Positions 24,005 through 33,535 of a DNA stretch of 34,782 nt are shown here, piece after piece (positions within the stretch are counted from its first letter, which is position 1; each line of letters opens with the position of its first letter). The translations under genes were made by a program, and so were the position numbers. Source of the DNA: a virus. Taxonomy: Duplodnaviria; Caudoviricetes. The notes beneath the pieces are model-generated. The model saw only the letters and a list, made by a program, of their open reading frames with translations. It was not told the DNA's origin and made no database searches. The stretch spans positions 1 to 34,782 of the IMG/VR virus record IMGVR_UViG_3300032242_000023. One strand, given 5' to 3'.

Positions 24005-26283
24005 TGGATAGAGATGACGGTATTCACCATTCATACCAAGATTGGTATAACACCATTAAAGCGTATGAACGTGCCTTTAAGCGTTGGGAAAGCCGGTCAG
24101 ACAAGATAGTAAAGCGTTACCGTGATGACGCTAAGAATCAAAACAATCCTAATGCACGTTTTAATATCCTATTTTCAAACGTACAAACCATTCAGCCAGC
24201 AGTATTTGCAAGACTGCCACAACCAGACGTAAGCCGTAGATTCCGTGACACAGATCCTGTAGGGCGTGTTGCATCAATGATGCTAGAACGTGCCTTAGAG
24301 TTTGAGATTGAGCATTACGGTGACTACCTAGCATCCATGAAGAACAGCGTATTAGATCGCTTGTTGGGTGGGCGTGGTACTGCTTGGGTTCGTTATGAGC
24401 CACATATTGTTGCAGAACAAGTTGGTGAACCTGATGATGGCTTGCAAGTTACTGAAGATACAGACGAATCAGAAACACCTGGCGGCATGGAAGCCGAAGA
24501 TCAAGAGCGTATTGAATATGAGTGCGCTCCTATTGATTATGTTCATTGGCGTGATTTTGGTCATACCGTAGCTAGAACATGGGAAGAAGTAACTGCCGTA
24601 TGGCGTAAGGTTTACATGAATCGCCCAGCATTGGTTGAGCGTTTTGGCAAACAATTAGGCTATGAGATCCCATTAGATACAAGACCAGAAGAAAACCGTA
24701 GATCAGAGAAGATGGCTGAAGGCGCTTTCCAAGCTTGTATTTATGAGATTTGGGACAAAGAAACAGGCAAAGTATGCTGGATGAGTATGTCATTGGGCAA
24801 AATGCTTGATGAACGTGATGATCCATTGGAACTTGAGAACTTTTGGCCTTGCCCAAAACCTTTGTATTCCAACCTAACTACTGATAATTTAGAGCCAATT
24901 CCTGATTACACGATGTACCAGGATCAAGCTAAAGAATTAGACACCCTTGCAGACCGTATTGATGGATTGATTAATGCTCTTAAAGTGCGTGGTGTCTACG
25001 ATGCGTCAGTATCTGAGTTACAACGTCTGTTTAGTGAGGGCGAGAACAATACTCTTATCCCTGTTAAGAACTACATGGCCTTTGCTGAAAAGCAAGGCTT
25101 TAAAGGAACAATTGATTTAGTAGATATAACGCCATTTGCTACTGCTTTGATGACTTGTTATCAAGCAATGGACAATGTTAAGAACCAAATCTATGAAATC
25201 ATGGGAATTGCCGACATTCAAAGGGGTCAAACTGATCCTAATGAAACCCTAGGCGCTCAAATTATCAAGTCAAACAACGCTGCTGGTCGTTTAAAGACCA
25301 TGCAACATGACGTTGTAAACTATGCAACCCAGCTCTTGAGCTTAAAAGCGCAGATTATTTGCAAACATTTTACCGATGACACCATTGTTAAGATTTCTGG
25401 CGCTATGCAGATGTCTGATGCTGATAAACAGCTCATTCCACAAGCACTAGAGCTACTAAAAGACGAAGCTACCAAGAATTTCCGTATTGAAGTCAGTTCT
25501 GATTCAATGATTTTCCAAGATGAGGAAGCTGAAAAGCAGAATCGTATGGCTTTCTTAGGTGCAGTAAGCTCATTTATCAACCAATCGTTGCCTGTCGCTC
25601 AATCAGCGCCTGAATTAACCCCATTGTTGATGGAAATGCTTAAATTTGGCGTTACAGCTTTTAAAGCTGGTAAGCAAATGGAAGGTCTTATTGACGAAAC
25701 AGCCGATAGATTCCGTGAGCAAGCTAAACAAGCTGAAGGTCAGCCTAAACCACCTCCAATTGAAATCCAAAAAGCTCAAATGGATGCACAATCTAAGCAA
25801 GCTGAGATTAAAGCTCATGCAGACTTTGAAATGCAGAAGCTCCAGGCTGAAATGCAAGCTGAAACCCATAAACAAGAGATGCAAGCCCAAGAAAATCAGC
25901 TACGCAACCAGCTTGAGCATGAACGTGCTATGTCTGAAAGCCAGGCACAGATGGAGCTTGAGAAATTGAAGATTGATGCTCAAACCAACAAGGATTTGCT
26001 GGTGACTTACCTCAATAATGCAGCTAAAATAGAAACTACTCGAATTTCTGCTGGATTAGATACCGGTGAGATGGCCTACGCAGATAACGTACAACAAGCA
26101 AGTATTTTGCAAGACTCTTTAGGATATTCAGATATGAAGAATCACCCATTGCAACCAGCCATTGAAAATATGCAAATGACTAATCAGCAAATGACTGAAT
26201 TGCTTGCTATGTTGCTTGATAAACTTAATAAACCCAAGACCGTGATTCGTGATGAAAACGGTAAAATTGTCGGAGTTCACTAA
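24004..26283 (+). CDS. Portal protein with long C-terminal Q/E/K coiled coil (P22-like barrel)
   Basis: About 759 aa directly after terL; EIMGIADIQRG..ETLGAQ.IK segment; AGGAG RBS. Confidence 0.88.
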   Translation: MDRDDGIHHSYQDWYNTIKAYERAFKRWESRSDKIVKRYRDDAKNQNNPNARFNILFSNVQTIQPAVFARLPQPDVSRRFRDTDPVGRVASMMLERALEFEIEHYGDYLASMKNSVLDRLLGGRGTAWVRYEPHIVAEQVGEPDDGLQVTEDTDESETPGGMEAEDQERIEYECAPIDYVHWRDFGHTVARTWEEVTAVWRKVYMNRPALVERFGKQLGYEIPLDTRPEENRRSEKMAEGAFQACIYEIWDKETGKVCWMSMSLGKMLDERDDPLELENFWPCPKPLYSNLTTDNLEPIPDYTMYQDQAKELDTLADRIDGLINALKVRGVYDASVSELQRLFSEGENNTLIPVKNYMAFAEKQGFKGTIDLVDITPFATALMTCYQAMDNVKNQIYEIMGIADIQRGQTDPNETLGAQIIKSNNAAGRLKTMQHDVVNYATQLLSLKAQIICKHFTDDTIVKISGAMQMSDADKQLIPQALELLKDEATKNFRIEVSSDSMIFQDEEAEKQNRMAFLGAVSSFINQSLPVAQSAPELTPLLMEMLKFGVTAFKAGKQMEGLIDETADRFREQAKQAEGQPKPPPIEIQKAQMDAQSKQAEIKAHADFEMQKLQAEMQAETHKQEMQAQENQLRNQLEHERAMSESQAQMELEKLKIDAQTNKDLLVTYLNNAAKIETTRISAGLDTGEMAYADNVQQASILQDSLGYSDMKNHPLQPAIENMQMTNQQMTELLAMLLDKLNKPKTVIRDENGKIVGVH

Positions 26284-26687
26284 TGGCATCTAATCTTAAA
26301 TACTCAAACGGTACTCGTGATGCCCAGCAAAACGGTCTAATCACCTATGCTGGCTCTGCTGCCATTATTAAACTATATGACGGTACACAACCAGCTAACG
26401 CTAATACTGCGGTTTCTACCCAAGTATTGCTAGTTTCTTTGAATATCTCAGGCACATTTGGTACAGATTCTAACGGTACGATTACCCTAAGTTCTGTAAC
26501 TAACGGTACAGCAGTAGCAACTGGCACAGCAGCCTGGTTCAGAATCACTAAATCAGATGGTACAACCGTAGTAATGGATGGTTCTGTAGGCACTTCTAGC
26601 GCAGATATGATCCTAAACAATACAAGCATTGCAACTGGTCAAACAGTTAGCATCTCTAGCGGTACGATTATCCGAGCTAACCAATAA
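26283..26687 (+). CDS. Putative virion structural protein
   Basis: 134 aa, S/T/G-rich; IKLYDGTQPA and TGTAAWFRI motifs. Confidence 0.65.
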   Translation: MASNLKYSNGTRDAQQNGLITYAGSAAIIKLYDGTQPANANTAVSTQVLLVSLNISGTFGTDSNGTITLSSVTNGTAVATGTAAWFRITKSDGTTVVMDGSVGTSSADMILNNTSIATGQTVSISSGTIIRANQ

Positions 26688-26695
26688 GGTAAATC

Positions 26696-28435
26696 ATGGC
26701 TCTTATTTTAAAAGACCGTGTTCAAGAAACAACCACTACCACAGGGACAGGTACTTTAACCCTTGGTGGTGCAGTAACAGGCTATCAATCGTTTTCAGCG
26801 ATAGGTAACGCTAATACTACTTACTATGCAATCTATGCCTCCGGTGGCTCAGAATGGGAAGTTGGTATTGGTACATACACGGCATCAGGGACAACCCTTA
26901 GTCGTGATACCGTATTGTCATCTAGCAATAGTGGATCATTAGTCAGTTTTAGCGCTGGCACAAAAAACGTATGGTGCGATTACCCTGCTGGTAGAGCTGG
27001 TTATATTGATACCAATAGCACATTAAATGCGCCTGTTTTAGCTACTTCAGGCTATACAAGCACAACGCCAGTATTAAGTTTCAATGGATCGAATACTGAT
27101 TTAGCATTAGGCGCTACAGTTTCAGGCTCTTATCTGCAAACAATTATGCAGAACAAAAGCGGAACGGCTGGCGCTTCTACAAACTATGTATTAAGCAATG
27201 ATTTAGGTACTGATTCAACCTATTACGGTGAGTTTGGTATGAACTCATCAGTATTTAGTTCAGGCACACCTGCTGATTTCTTTAGCTTAAACAATGGTAT
27301 TTACTATTCAGGACATGACGGTGACATTACTGTTGGTTCTGGCAACGGTAAAAAGACCTTTTTAGCTTGGGGTACAGCAGGCCAATCAGCCCACGTTATT
27401 AATGCTACAGGTTCTATTGGTCTAAACACTAACATTACTGGCACAACAAACTTTGGTACATCAGGACAAGTATTAACTTCTGCTGGTTCTGCTGCAACAC
27501 CTACTTGGACTACGCCTACAACTGGCACAGTCACAAGCGTGGCAGCTACAGCAGGTACAGGAATTAGCGTATCAGGTAGCCCAATTACTTCTAGCGGTAC
27601 ATTGACTATCACCAATACTGCTCCAGATCAAACTGTTGCAATTACAGGTGCAGGTGGTGCAGTAGTTACTGGTACTTACCCTAACTTTACTATTACTACC
27701 CCATCAGGAACGGTTACCAGCGTAACAGCTACAGCTCCTATTACTAGCTCTGGTGGTGCAACGCCTAATTTGGCTATGCCTGCTGCTACAACATCTGTAA
27801 ATGGTTATTTAACCAGCACAGACTGGACTACATTTAATGGTAAACAAGCTGCTTTAGTAAGCGGCACTAACATTAAAACCGTTAGCGGAACATCATTATT
27901 AGGATCAGGAGATTTAGGTTTAATTGGTGCTACTTATGGTGGAACAGGAGTAAATAACGGCTCTAATACTATTACTGTAGCTGGAAATTTAACCCATTCA
28001 GGTGCATTTACTCAATCATTTACAGCAAGCGCTAACACGGCAGTAACTTTACCGGCTGGCGCAACAGCAGCAAGTAATAACCTTTTAAGTTCTGCAACAC
28101 CAGTAGGAATTGTTACAGGAACTCCATCTTCTACCACTTATTTGCGTGGTGATGGTACATGGTCTACTGTGGCTGCTTCACCTGCTGGATCTACAACTCA
28201 AGTTCAGTACAATAACGCAGGCGCATTTGGCGCAAGTTCAAGCTTTACTTATGCTAGTTCTACTCTTACAGCGCCTAATTTATCAGCTTCAAATGGTCTT
28301 GTAGTAAACAATGCAACAGTTGGAGCAAGTTTTAGTATTGCTTCTGGTTATAACGCAATGTCAGTAGGCCCTGTAACTGTAGCTTCTGGACAGTCTGTAA
28401 CAGTACCTTCTGGCTCAAGATGGGTGGTTCTATGA
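26696..28435 (+). CDS. Long S/T/G-rich fibre protein
   Basis: MALILKDRVQETTTTTGTGTLTL start; repeated GTVTSV motifs; YLRGDGTW; C-terminal VTVPSGSRWVVL. Confidence 0.75.
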   Translation: MALILKDRVQETTTTTGTGTLTLGGAVTGYQSFSAIGNANTTYYAIYASGGSEWEVGIGTYTASGTTLSRDTVLSSSNSGSLVSFSAGTKNVWCDYPAGRAGYIDTNSTLNAPVLATSGYTSTTPVLSFNGSNTDLALGATVSGSYLQTIMQNKSGTAGASTNYVLSNDLGTDSTYYGEFGMNSSVFSSGTPADFFSLNNGIYYSGHDGDITVGSGNGKKTFLAWGTAGQSAHVINATGSIGLNTNITGTTNFGTSGQVLTSAGSAATPTWTTPTTGTVTSVAATAGTGISVSGSPITSSGTLTITNTAPDQTVAITGAGGAVVTGTYPNFTITTPSGTVTSVTATAPITSSGGATPNLAMPAATTSVNGYLTSTDWTTFNGKQAALVSGTNIKTVSGTSLLGSGDLGLIGATYGGTGVNNGSNTITVAGNLTHSGAFTQSFTASANTAVTLPAGATAASNNLLSSATPVGIVTGTPSSTTYLRGDGTWSTVAASPAGSTTQVQYNNAGAFGASSSFTYASSTLTAPNLSASNGLVVNNATVGASFSIASGYNAMSVGPVTVASGQSVTVPSGSRWVVL

Positions 28436-28650
28436 GTTCAGTCATTATTACTGGAGATACAAGCGGTGCTATTACATTAGCTGCCCCTGCTGTATCAGGC
28501 ACTAATACCATAACAGCACCAGCAGCAACTGGAACAATGGTTGTTTCTACTGCTGTTTCTAGTTCAGTTTTATCAACCGTAACTAATAAAATTGCTATTA
28601 ATATTGGTGGAACAACTTATTATTTATTAGCTTCTACGTCAGGTACTTAA
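28432..28650 (+). CDS. Small fibre-associated protein
   Basis: MSSVIITGDTSGAITLAAPAV; ATGA overlap. Confidence 0.65.
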   Translation: MSSVIITGDTSGAITLAAPAVSGTNTITAPAATGTMVVSTAVSSSVLSTVTNKIAINIGGTTYYLLASTSGT

Positions 28651-28651
28651 A

Positions 28652-29065
28652 ATGACTTATTTTGCTAAATGTGTTCAAACATCAGAAGCTTCAAAGTTTG
28701 AAGTAACTGATGTAATTCGTGCAGACCAAGAGTTTGTAGATGCACAACCTGGGTATTATGTACAAACTGATTACAATACTCAAGGCAATGTTCACTATGC
28801 GCCTAGTCCTCCTGCTGCACCAGGAACTCCTGATGGCGGTATACCATTAAGAGCTAATTATGCTGGAATTGGTTATACATACGATAATTCATATATTATT
28901 GATAGTGTTGTAGGTGTTTTTTATGCTCCACAACCTTATCCATCTTGGACTTTAAATACATCGACTTTTTTGTGGGAAGCGCCTATTCCTTATCCTACAG
29001 ACGGCAAAGATTACTATTGGGATGAAGCCACATTGTCTTGGGTATTAATACCAACAACACCATAA
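28652..29065 (+). CDS. Putative fibre-associated/assembly protein
   Basis: R.NYAGIGYTYD..FYAPQPYPSWTL..WEAPIPYP.DG..Y.WDE motif, typical next to Gly-rich fibre genes. Confidence 0.65.
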   Translation: MTYFAKCVQTSEASKFEVTDVIRADQEFVDAQPGYYVQTDYNTQGNVHYAPSPPAAPGTPDGGIPLRANYAGIGYTYDNSYIIDSVVGVFYAPQPYPSWTLNTSTFLWEAPIPYPTDGKDYYWDEATLSWVLIPTTP

Positions 29066-29337
29066 TGGCAAGCAAAATAAACACAGCTTATATAGTAGGA
29101 TCATTTGCTAAAACAGCAGATGGAACTAATGCTTTTATTTTACAAACAAATACATTAGATGCTTTAGCTATTAGCACAGCACAAAATGTAACATTAAGCT
29201 CTACAGGCGCTTTAACTGTGCCATCAGGCACAACGGCTCAAAGACCTGCAAGTCCTGTTGTTGGAATGTTGCGGTACAACACTACCATTCCTCAATTAGA
29301 AATTTATCTTGGTTCAAATTGGACAGCACTACCATGA
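29065..29337 (+). CDS. Short fibre-connector-like protein
   Basis: VPSGTTAQRP....GMLRYNTT..LE.Y.G..W motif; start reassigned to ATG 29065. Confidence 0.65.
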   Translation: MASKINTAYIVGSFAKTADGTNAFILQTNTLDALAISTAQNVTLSSTGALTVPSGTTAQRPASPVVGMLRYNTTIPQLEIYLGSNWTALP

Positions 29338-30368
29338 CTACAACTATTAATGCTAACTCTACTGGTCTTGTTGAAACTTCTGATACATCAGGAATTTTGC
29401 AATTACAAACAGGTGGCACAGCAGCTTTAACTGTTGGAACAGATCAGAATGTAACATTAAACAGCACAGGAGCTGTAACTGTACCGGTTGGAACTACTGC
29501 ACAAAGGCCAACCGGTGTAAATGGTATGGTTAGGTATAACACCACAATTAATGGCTTAGAAGGTTATATTGGTAATGCGTGGATATTAATTAAGCAAAAT
29601 GCTTACACAGCAAGTTATTTAATAATTGCTGGTGGTGGTGGAGTTCCTAGCGCAGTACAAGGCGGTGGTGGTGGTGCTGGCGGTTATTTAACTGGAACTA
29701 CAACTTTAACAGCAGGAACAACATATACCGTAACCGTAGGTGGTGGCGGTGCTATTAATACACAAGGATCTAGTTCATCTATTACAGGATTAACTACAGC
29801 AGTAGGCGGTGGTACTGGTGGTGGTTATGCTTCTAATGGTGGCGCTGGTGGATCAGGTGGTGGTGCTGGTAATAATACTGCTACTGGAGGTGCAGCAACA
29901 TCAGGACAAGGAAATAATGGTGGATCATCTTCTGGTATATATACTCCCCCATACACAGGTTCTGGTGGTGGTGGTGCAGGCGCAGCAGGTGGAAATTCTG
30001 TAGATAGCGCTGGTGGCGCTGGTGGTAACGGCTTGTCATCTTCTATTACAGGAACTGCTGTAACTAGAGGTGGTGGTGGTGGATCAGGAAGTTTTAATGG
30101 CGCTGGAACATCCGGTGGTGCTGGCGGTGGTGGTGCTGGCGGTACTGGAAATGGTGCTGGTGGCGGTTCTGCTGGAGCAAATGGCACAGTAAATACTGGT
30201 GGTGGCGCTGGTGGTGGTAATGGCGGTGCAACTGGTGGTTCTGGAATTTGTATATTTTCTGTTCCAACAGCGAACTATTCAGGAACAGTTACTGGATCTC
30301 CAACAGTAACAACAAGCGGCTCAAATACTATAATTTCGTTTACTTCTAGTGGCACTTACGTTGGTTAA
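29334..30368 (+). CDS. Glycine-rich fibre/adhesin protein
   Basis: GTTAQRP..GMVRYNTT module followed by a poly-Gly domain paralogous to 9928-11025; start ATG 29334. Confidence 0.75.
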   Translation: MTTTINANSTGLVETSDTSGILQLQTGGTAALTVGTDQNVTLNSTGAVTVPVGTTAQRPTGVNGMVRYNTTINGLEGYIGNAWILIKQNAYTASYLIIAGGGGVPSAVQGGGGGAGGYLTGTTTLTAGTTYTVTVGGGGAINTQGSSSSITGLTTAVGGGTGGGYASNGGAGGSGGGAGNNTATGGAATSGQGNNGGSSSGIYTPPYTGSGGGGAGAAGGNSVDSAGGAGGNGLSSSITGTAVTRGGGGGSGSFNGAGTSGGAGGGGAGGTGNGAGGGSAGANGTVNTGGGAGGGNGGATGGSGICIFSVPTANYSGTVTGSPTVTTSGSNTIISFTSSGTYVG

Positions 30369-30370
30369 AT

Positions 30371-31162
30371 ATGCTTGGATTTAATCCTTTATCGTCAGCG
30401 CCAATATCAGACTTAGGCGCATTAGCACCCATAACTGGGTATATCAGCACAACTGATAGTAATGATACTGCTACGCTTAATGCTAGTGCATTACAGCCTA
30501 CAGGCACAATAAGCGCTACAGATGGTACAGATACTGCCATTATTACGGCAGCAGACATTGTTTCAGGCAACATTTCAGCTACTGACGGCACAGATACAGC
30601 GACAATTAACGGTACTGTAATTTCTGGAACTGTTACAGGCAGTATTAATGCCACAGACGGCACAGATACAGCTAATTTACAAGGTACTGTAAATAGTGGT
30701 GCTGACACTCACGATGGGTTTACTGATGGCGATATTCGTAGAGCTAGGGCATTAGATAAACGAATCCACAAGGCAGAGCAAAAGCGTATTGCTGCGGTTA
30801 AAGCTCAAGCAGCTAGACGTAGACAGCGTTTTATTGATTCTTTATACCCAGATCAGAAAGCTCCTGATTCATTCTATGATGCTGCAAACTTTGATGAAAA
30901 CGGCAATTTTGTAGCGCCACAAATACTTGATAAAGCACAAAAAGCCAAGCTTAAAGTTATTAAAAAGAAAATTCTTAGTGAAACTGACCAAGCTGCTATT
31001 TATGAAAAAGAACTTGAAACTTTACGTCAAGAACAACAATTATTAGTTGAATCAATCCAAGCAAAAGTTAGACTTGCTAATTTGCAGATGCAATTGGCAA
31101 TTATTGAGGCCCAGCGATTAGCTGAATTAGACGATGAGGAAGCACTATTAGCACTCCTATAA
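30371..31162 (+). CDS. Virion-associated protein with four (A/T)TDxxDTA repeats and C-terminal coiled coil
   Basis: MLGFNPLSSAPIS start; repeats at about 30449, 30515, 30578 and 30650; ends DDEEALLALL. Confidence 0.7.
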   Translation: MLGFNPLSSAPISDLGALAPITGYISTTDSNDTATLNASALQPTGTISATDGTDTAIITAADIVSGNISATDGTDTATINGTVISGTVTGSINATDGTDTANLQGTVNSGADTHDGFTDGDIRRARALDKRIHKAEQKRIAAVKAQAARRRQRFIDSLYPDQKAPDSFYDAANFDENGNFVAPQILDKAQKAKLKVIKKKILSETDQAAIYEKELETLRQEQQLLVESIQAKVRLANLQMQLAIIEAQRLAELDDEEALLALL

Positions 31163-32055
31163 ACCCACACGCAGAATATAAAAGAGCCTACGAGCATCTA
31201 CACGCTGGTCGTTATGATGCAGGCTTTAGATTATTTGAATACCGGTGGCACAAAGAAGTTCTTGCCAATCAAATAACACCTTATACCCAAAAACCTCCCA
31301 AGCCTGCTGTATGGCGTGGTGAATCTCTTTTAGACAAATCTATTGTTATTCAAATGGAACAAGGATTTGGGGACATATTTATGTTTGCTAGGTTCTTGCC
31401 ATTTCTAAAGGTTATGGGTGCTAAAAAGGTAGTCTTATTGACTCAAGGCTCATTACTAGGTGTTTTAGGGCAATTTGAATGTATAGATGTATTGACTAAC
31501 CAGCCAGAATGTCCTGATGTAACTGAATGTGATTATTGGATTGGCAATATGAGCCTTCCTTACTATATTGCTTGTGCCACGCCCTATGCAAAATCATTGT
31601 TCCCAATAACCACTAAAAAGATAGTTGGTTCAGAAGGTTATATGTATGCAAAACCTTCTAATATTGAGCCAAAAATAGGGGTAAATTGGGCTGCTAGTCG
31701 AAACATTCTTTTCCATATTAAATCTATTCCTGACCACAAAATGTATGAACTTGTAGGTGATAACTGTTATTCCTTATCGCCTGAACACAATGGCTTTTTC
31801 CATCCTTTGCCTGATGATGGCTGGAAAACGGATTGGAGAGTCACAGCAAGCCACATGAAGGCTATGAAGGGCATAGTGACAGTAGACACAGGAACAGCCC
31901 ATTTAGCAGGCGCATTGGGCGTTAAAACCATTGTATTGTTGCCAAAAGAAGAATACATTTGTTGGCGTTGGAAAAATGGTAGCTGGTATGATTCAGTTGT
32001 TGCATTGCGTCAAGAAGAATATGATCGTGTACCAGAATTAATAAGGAGAATGTAA
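31159..32055 (+). CDS. GT-B glycosyltransferase (GT9/heptosyltransferase-like); probable non-canonical start
   Basis: G.Y..GF.LFEYRW, W.GESL..KSIV, EQGFGD..MFARF and VTVDTGTAHLAGALG..WRW motifs; frame is open from 31138 but the first ATG is at 31354. Confidence 0.8.
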   Translation: MNPHAEYKRAYEHLHAGRYDAGFRLFEYRWHKEVLANQITPYTQKPPKPAVWRGESLLDKSIVIQMEQGFGDIFMFARFLPFLKVMGAKKVVLLTQGSLLGVLGQFECIDVLTNQPECPDVTECDYWIGNMSLPYYIACATPYAKSLFPITTKKIVGSEGYMYAKPSNIEPKIGVNWAASRNILFHIKSIPDHKMYELVGDNCYSLSPEHNGFFHPLPDDGWKTDWRVTASHMKAMKGIVTVDTGTAHLAGALGVKTIVLLPKEEYICWRWKNGSWYDSVVALRQEEYDRVPELIRRM

Positions 32056-32432
32056 TGGTTTGCCCCCAATGTGGCTATTCTGAAGGAAATCATGTTTCTA
32101 AAAAGTTATCTGACAAAGAATATTTTTTAGAGATTTGGACACCAACATTAGGCGAAGAAGAAGCGCTTAAATCATGGGAAGAAAAACAAAAAGCTCCACG
32201 ACAAATGTCGCACATGATCCAATCTGACATTGCTGGCTATGTAAGCCAAGTAGATGGCTCTTGGATTGACAGCCGTTCTAAGCATAGAAACCACTTAAAA
32301 CAGCACAGAATGATTGAATTAGGTAATGACGTTCCTACGGCCCATAAACCTATTGAATTTGACCGTAAGACCAATGAAAAAAGAAAGCAGCAAATCGCAG
32401 AGTTAGCTTACGCAAAACTCAATTATAGATAA
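32055..32432 (+). CDS. Hypothetical protein with N-terminal CxxC
   Basis: CPQC; DI.GY.S.VDG..I.SRS.HR.HLK segment; AAGGAG RBS. Confidence 0.75.
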   Translation: MVCPQCGYSEGNHVSKKLSDKEYFLEIWTPTLGEEEALKSWEEKQKAPRQMSHMIQSDIAGYVSQVDGSWIDSRSKHRNHLKQHRMIELGNDVPTAHKPIEFDRKTNEKRKQQIAELAYAKLNYR

Positions 32433-32453
32433 TCCGATAACTTGGAGATTAAA

Positions 32454-33500
32454 ATGTCAGAAGAAAAACTTGATAGACGTGATGCACTAGAAGCAGCTAT
32501 GGAGGCAGCAGAAAATGACGCACCAGCCTTGGAAAGAGAAGAAGCTAGTGAAGTCGATCATGCCCAGGAGTCCGCTAAAGATGAAGTTAGCGAGGCAGAT
32601 CACGAAGAATCTACCGAGATTTCTGCGGAATCTGAATCTGAGGTTGCGAATGAGGAGCAGGAGGCAGCAGAAGAAGCCAAGCCTGTAACTCGCCCAAGCA
32701 CTTGGAAAAAAGAATATGTCCAAATTTGGGACAAAATGGAAGCCGGAGAGCAAATTTCTAAGGATGACTTTGTAAAATTTGCTGAATACGCTAATCAGCG
32801 TGAATCTGAATACAAAAAAGGCGTTTCTACCTATAAGATGGAAGCCGATTATGCTAAAGATTTGCGTGATGCTATAGCCCCATTTGAAAATGAGCTACAA
32901 AAACGCAATTTGCAAGCTCCACAATACATAGCTGCATTGGCTAAAGCTGACCAAGTTTTAACCCATGCACCTTATGAGCAAAAAGTTCAACTATTTCAGC
33001 AACTTGCACAAAGTTATGGTATAAACTTAAATAATGGTCAGTCTGCTCCTGTTGATGCTTACCAACAACAATTGATGAATCAGTTGTATAGGGTAAACCA
33101 GGATGTTAGTCAGATAAAAAGCCGTTACGAGCAAGAAGAAACGCAACGGTTGCAAGGTGAGATTCAGAAGTTTAGTAGTGATGTGGAGCATTACCCACAT
33201 TTTGAATTGGTTAGGGAAGAAATGGCTCAATTACTTGAGCGAGGACAAGCCCAAGACCTTAAGACTGCTTATACGAAAGCGATTCGCTTAAATGATGAAG
33301 TTTGGGCAAAAGAACAAGATCGACTCTTGTCCGATGCCAGAAAACAAGCATCTAAAGCAACGCAAGTAGCAAAAGCTAAGGCTGCTGCTGTAAGCCCACG
33401 ATCAGTTACTCCTAACGGTCAGGTAAACGCAACAGACAAAAAGGACAGACGGTCAATACTTGCCGATCAAATCGGACAATCAATGACTGGTCGGGTGTAA
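32454..33500 (+). CDS. Capsid scaffolding protein
   Basis: Highly acidic N-terminus, P.TWKKE, coiled coils; directly before the major capsid gene; start ATG 32454 with GGAG RBS. Confidence 0.8.
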   Translation: MSEEKLDRRDALEAAMEAAENDAPALEREEASEVDHAQESAKDEVSEADHEESTEISAESESEVANEEQEAAEEAKPVTRPSTWKKEYVQIWDKMEAGEQISKDDFVKFAEYANQRESEYKKGVSTYKMEADYAKDLRDAIAPFENELQKRNLQAPQYIAALAKADQVLTHAPYEQKVQLFQQLAQSYGINLNNGQSAPVDAYQQQLMNQLYRVNQDVSQIKSRYEQEETQRLQGEIQKFSSDVEHYPHFELVREEMAQLLERGQAQDLKTAYTKAIRLNDEVWAKEQDRLLSDARKQASKATQVAKAKAAAVSPRSVTPNGQVNATDKKDRRSILADQIGQSMTGRV

Positions 33501-33535
33501 TTCGTTCATTTTGAACATTTTTAAAGGAAAATATC

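Noticed and set aside
29825-30187. Pro-rich minus-strand ORF and similar antisense or alternate-frame ORFs (e.g. 501-746, 5913-6344, 27304-27615, 30346-30708)
   Set aside because: Shadow frames of real genes arising from biased codon usage.
9928-30368. Diversity-generating retroelement TR/VR pair between the Gly-rich paralogues
   Set aside because: No reverse transcriptase; similarity is at protein level and differences are not adenine-specific.
30449-30672. CRISPR-like array
   Set aside because: Repeats are degenerate at third codon positions and in frame, so they are protein repeats; no cas genes.
31135-31162. -1 frameshift fusing 30371 gene to the glycosyltransferase
   Set aside because: The frames are compatible, but the window after TGA 31135-37 holds no slippery heptamer.
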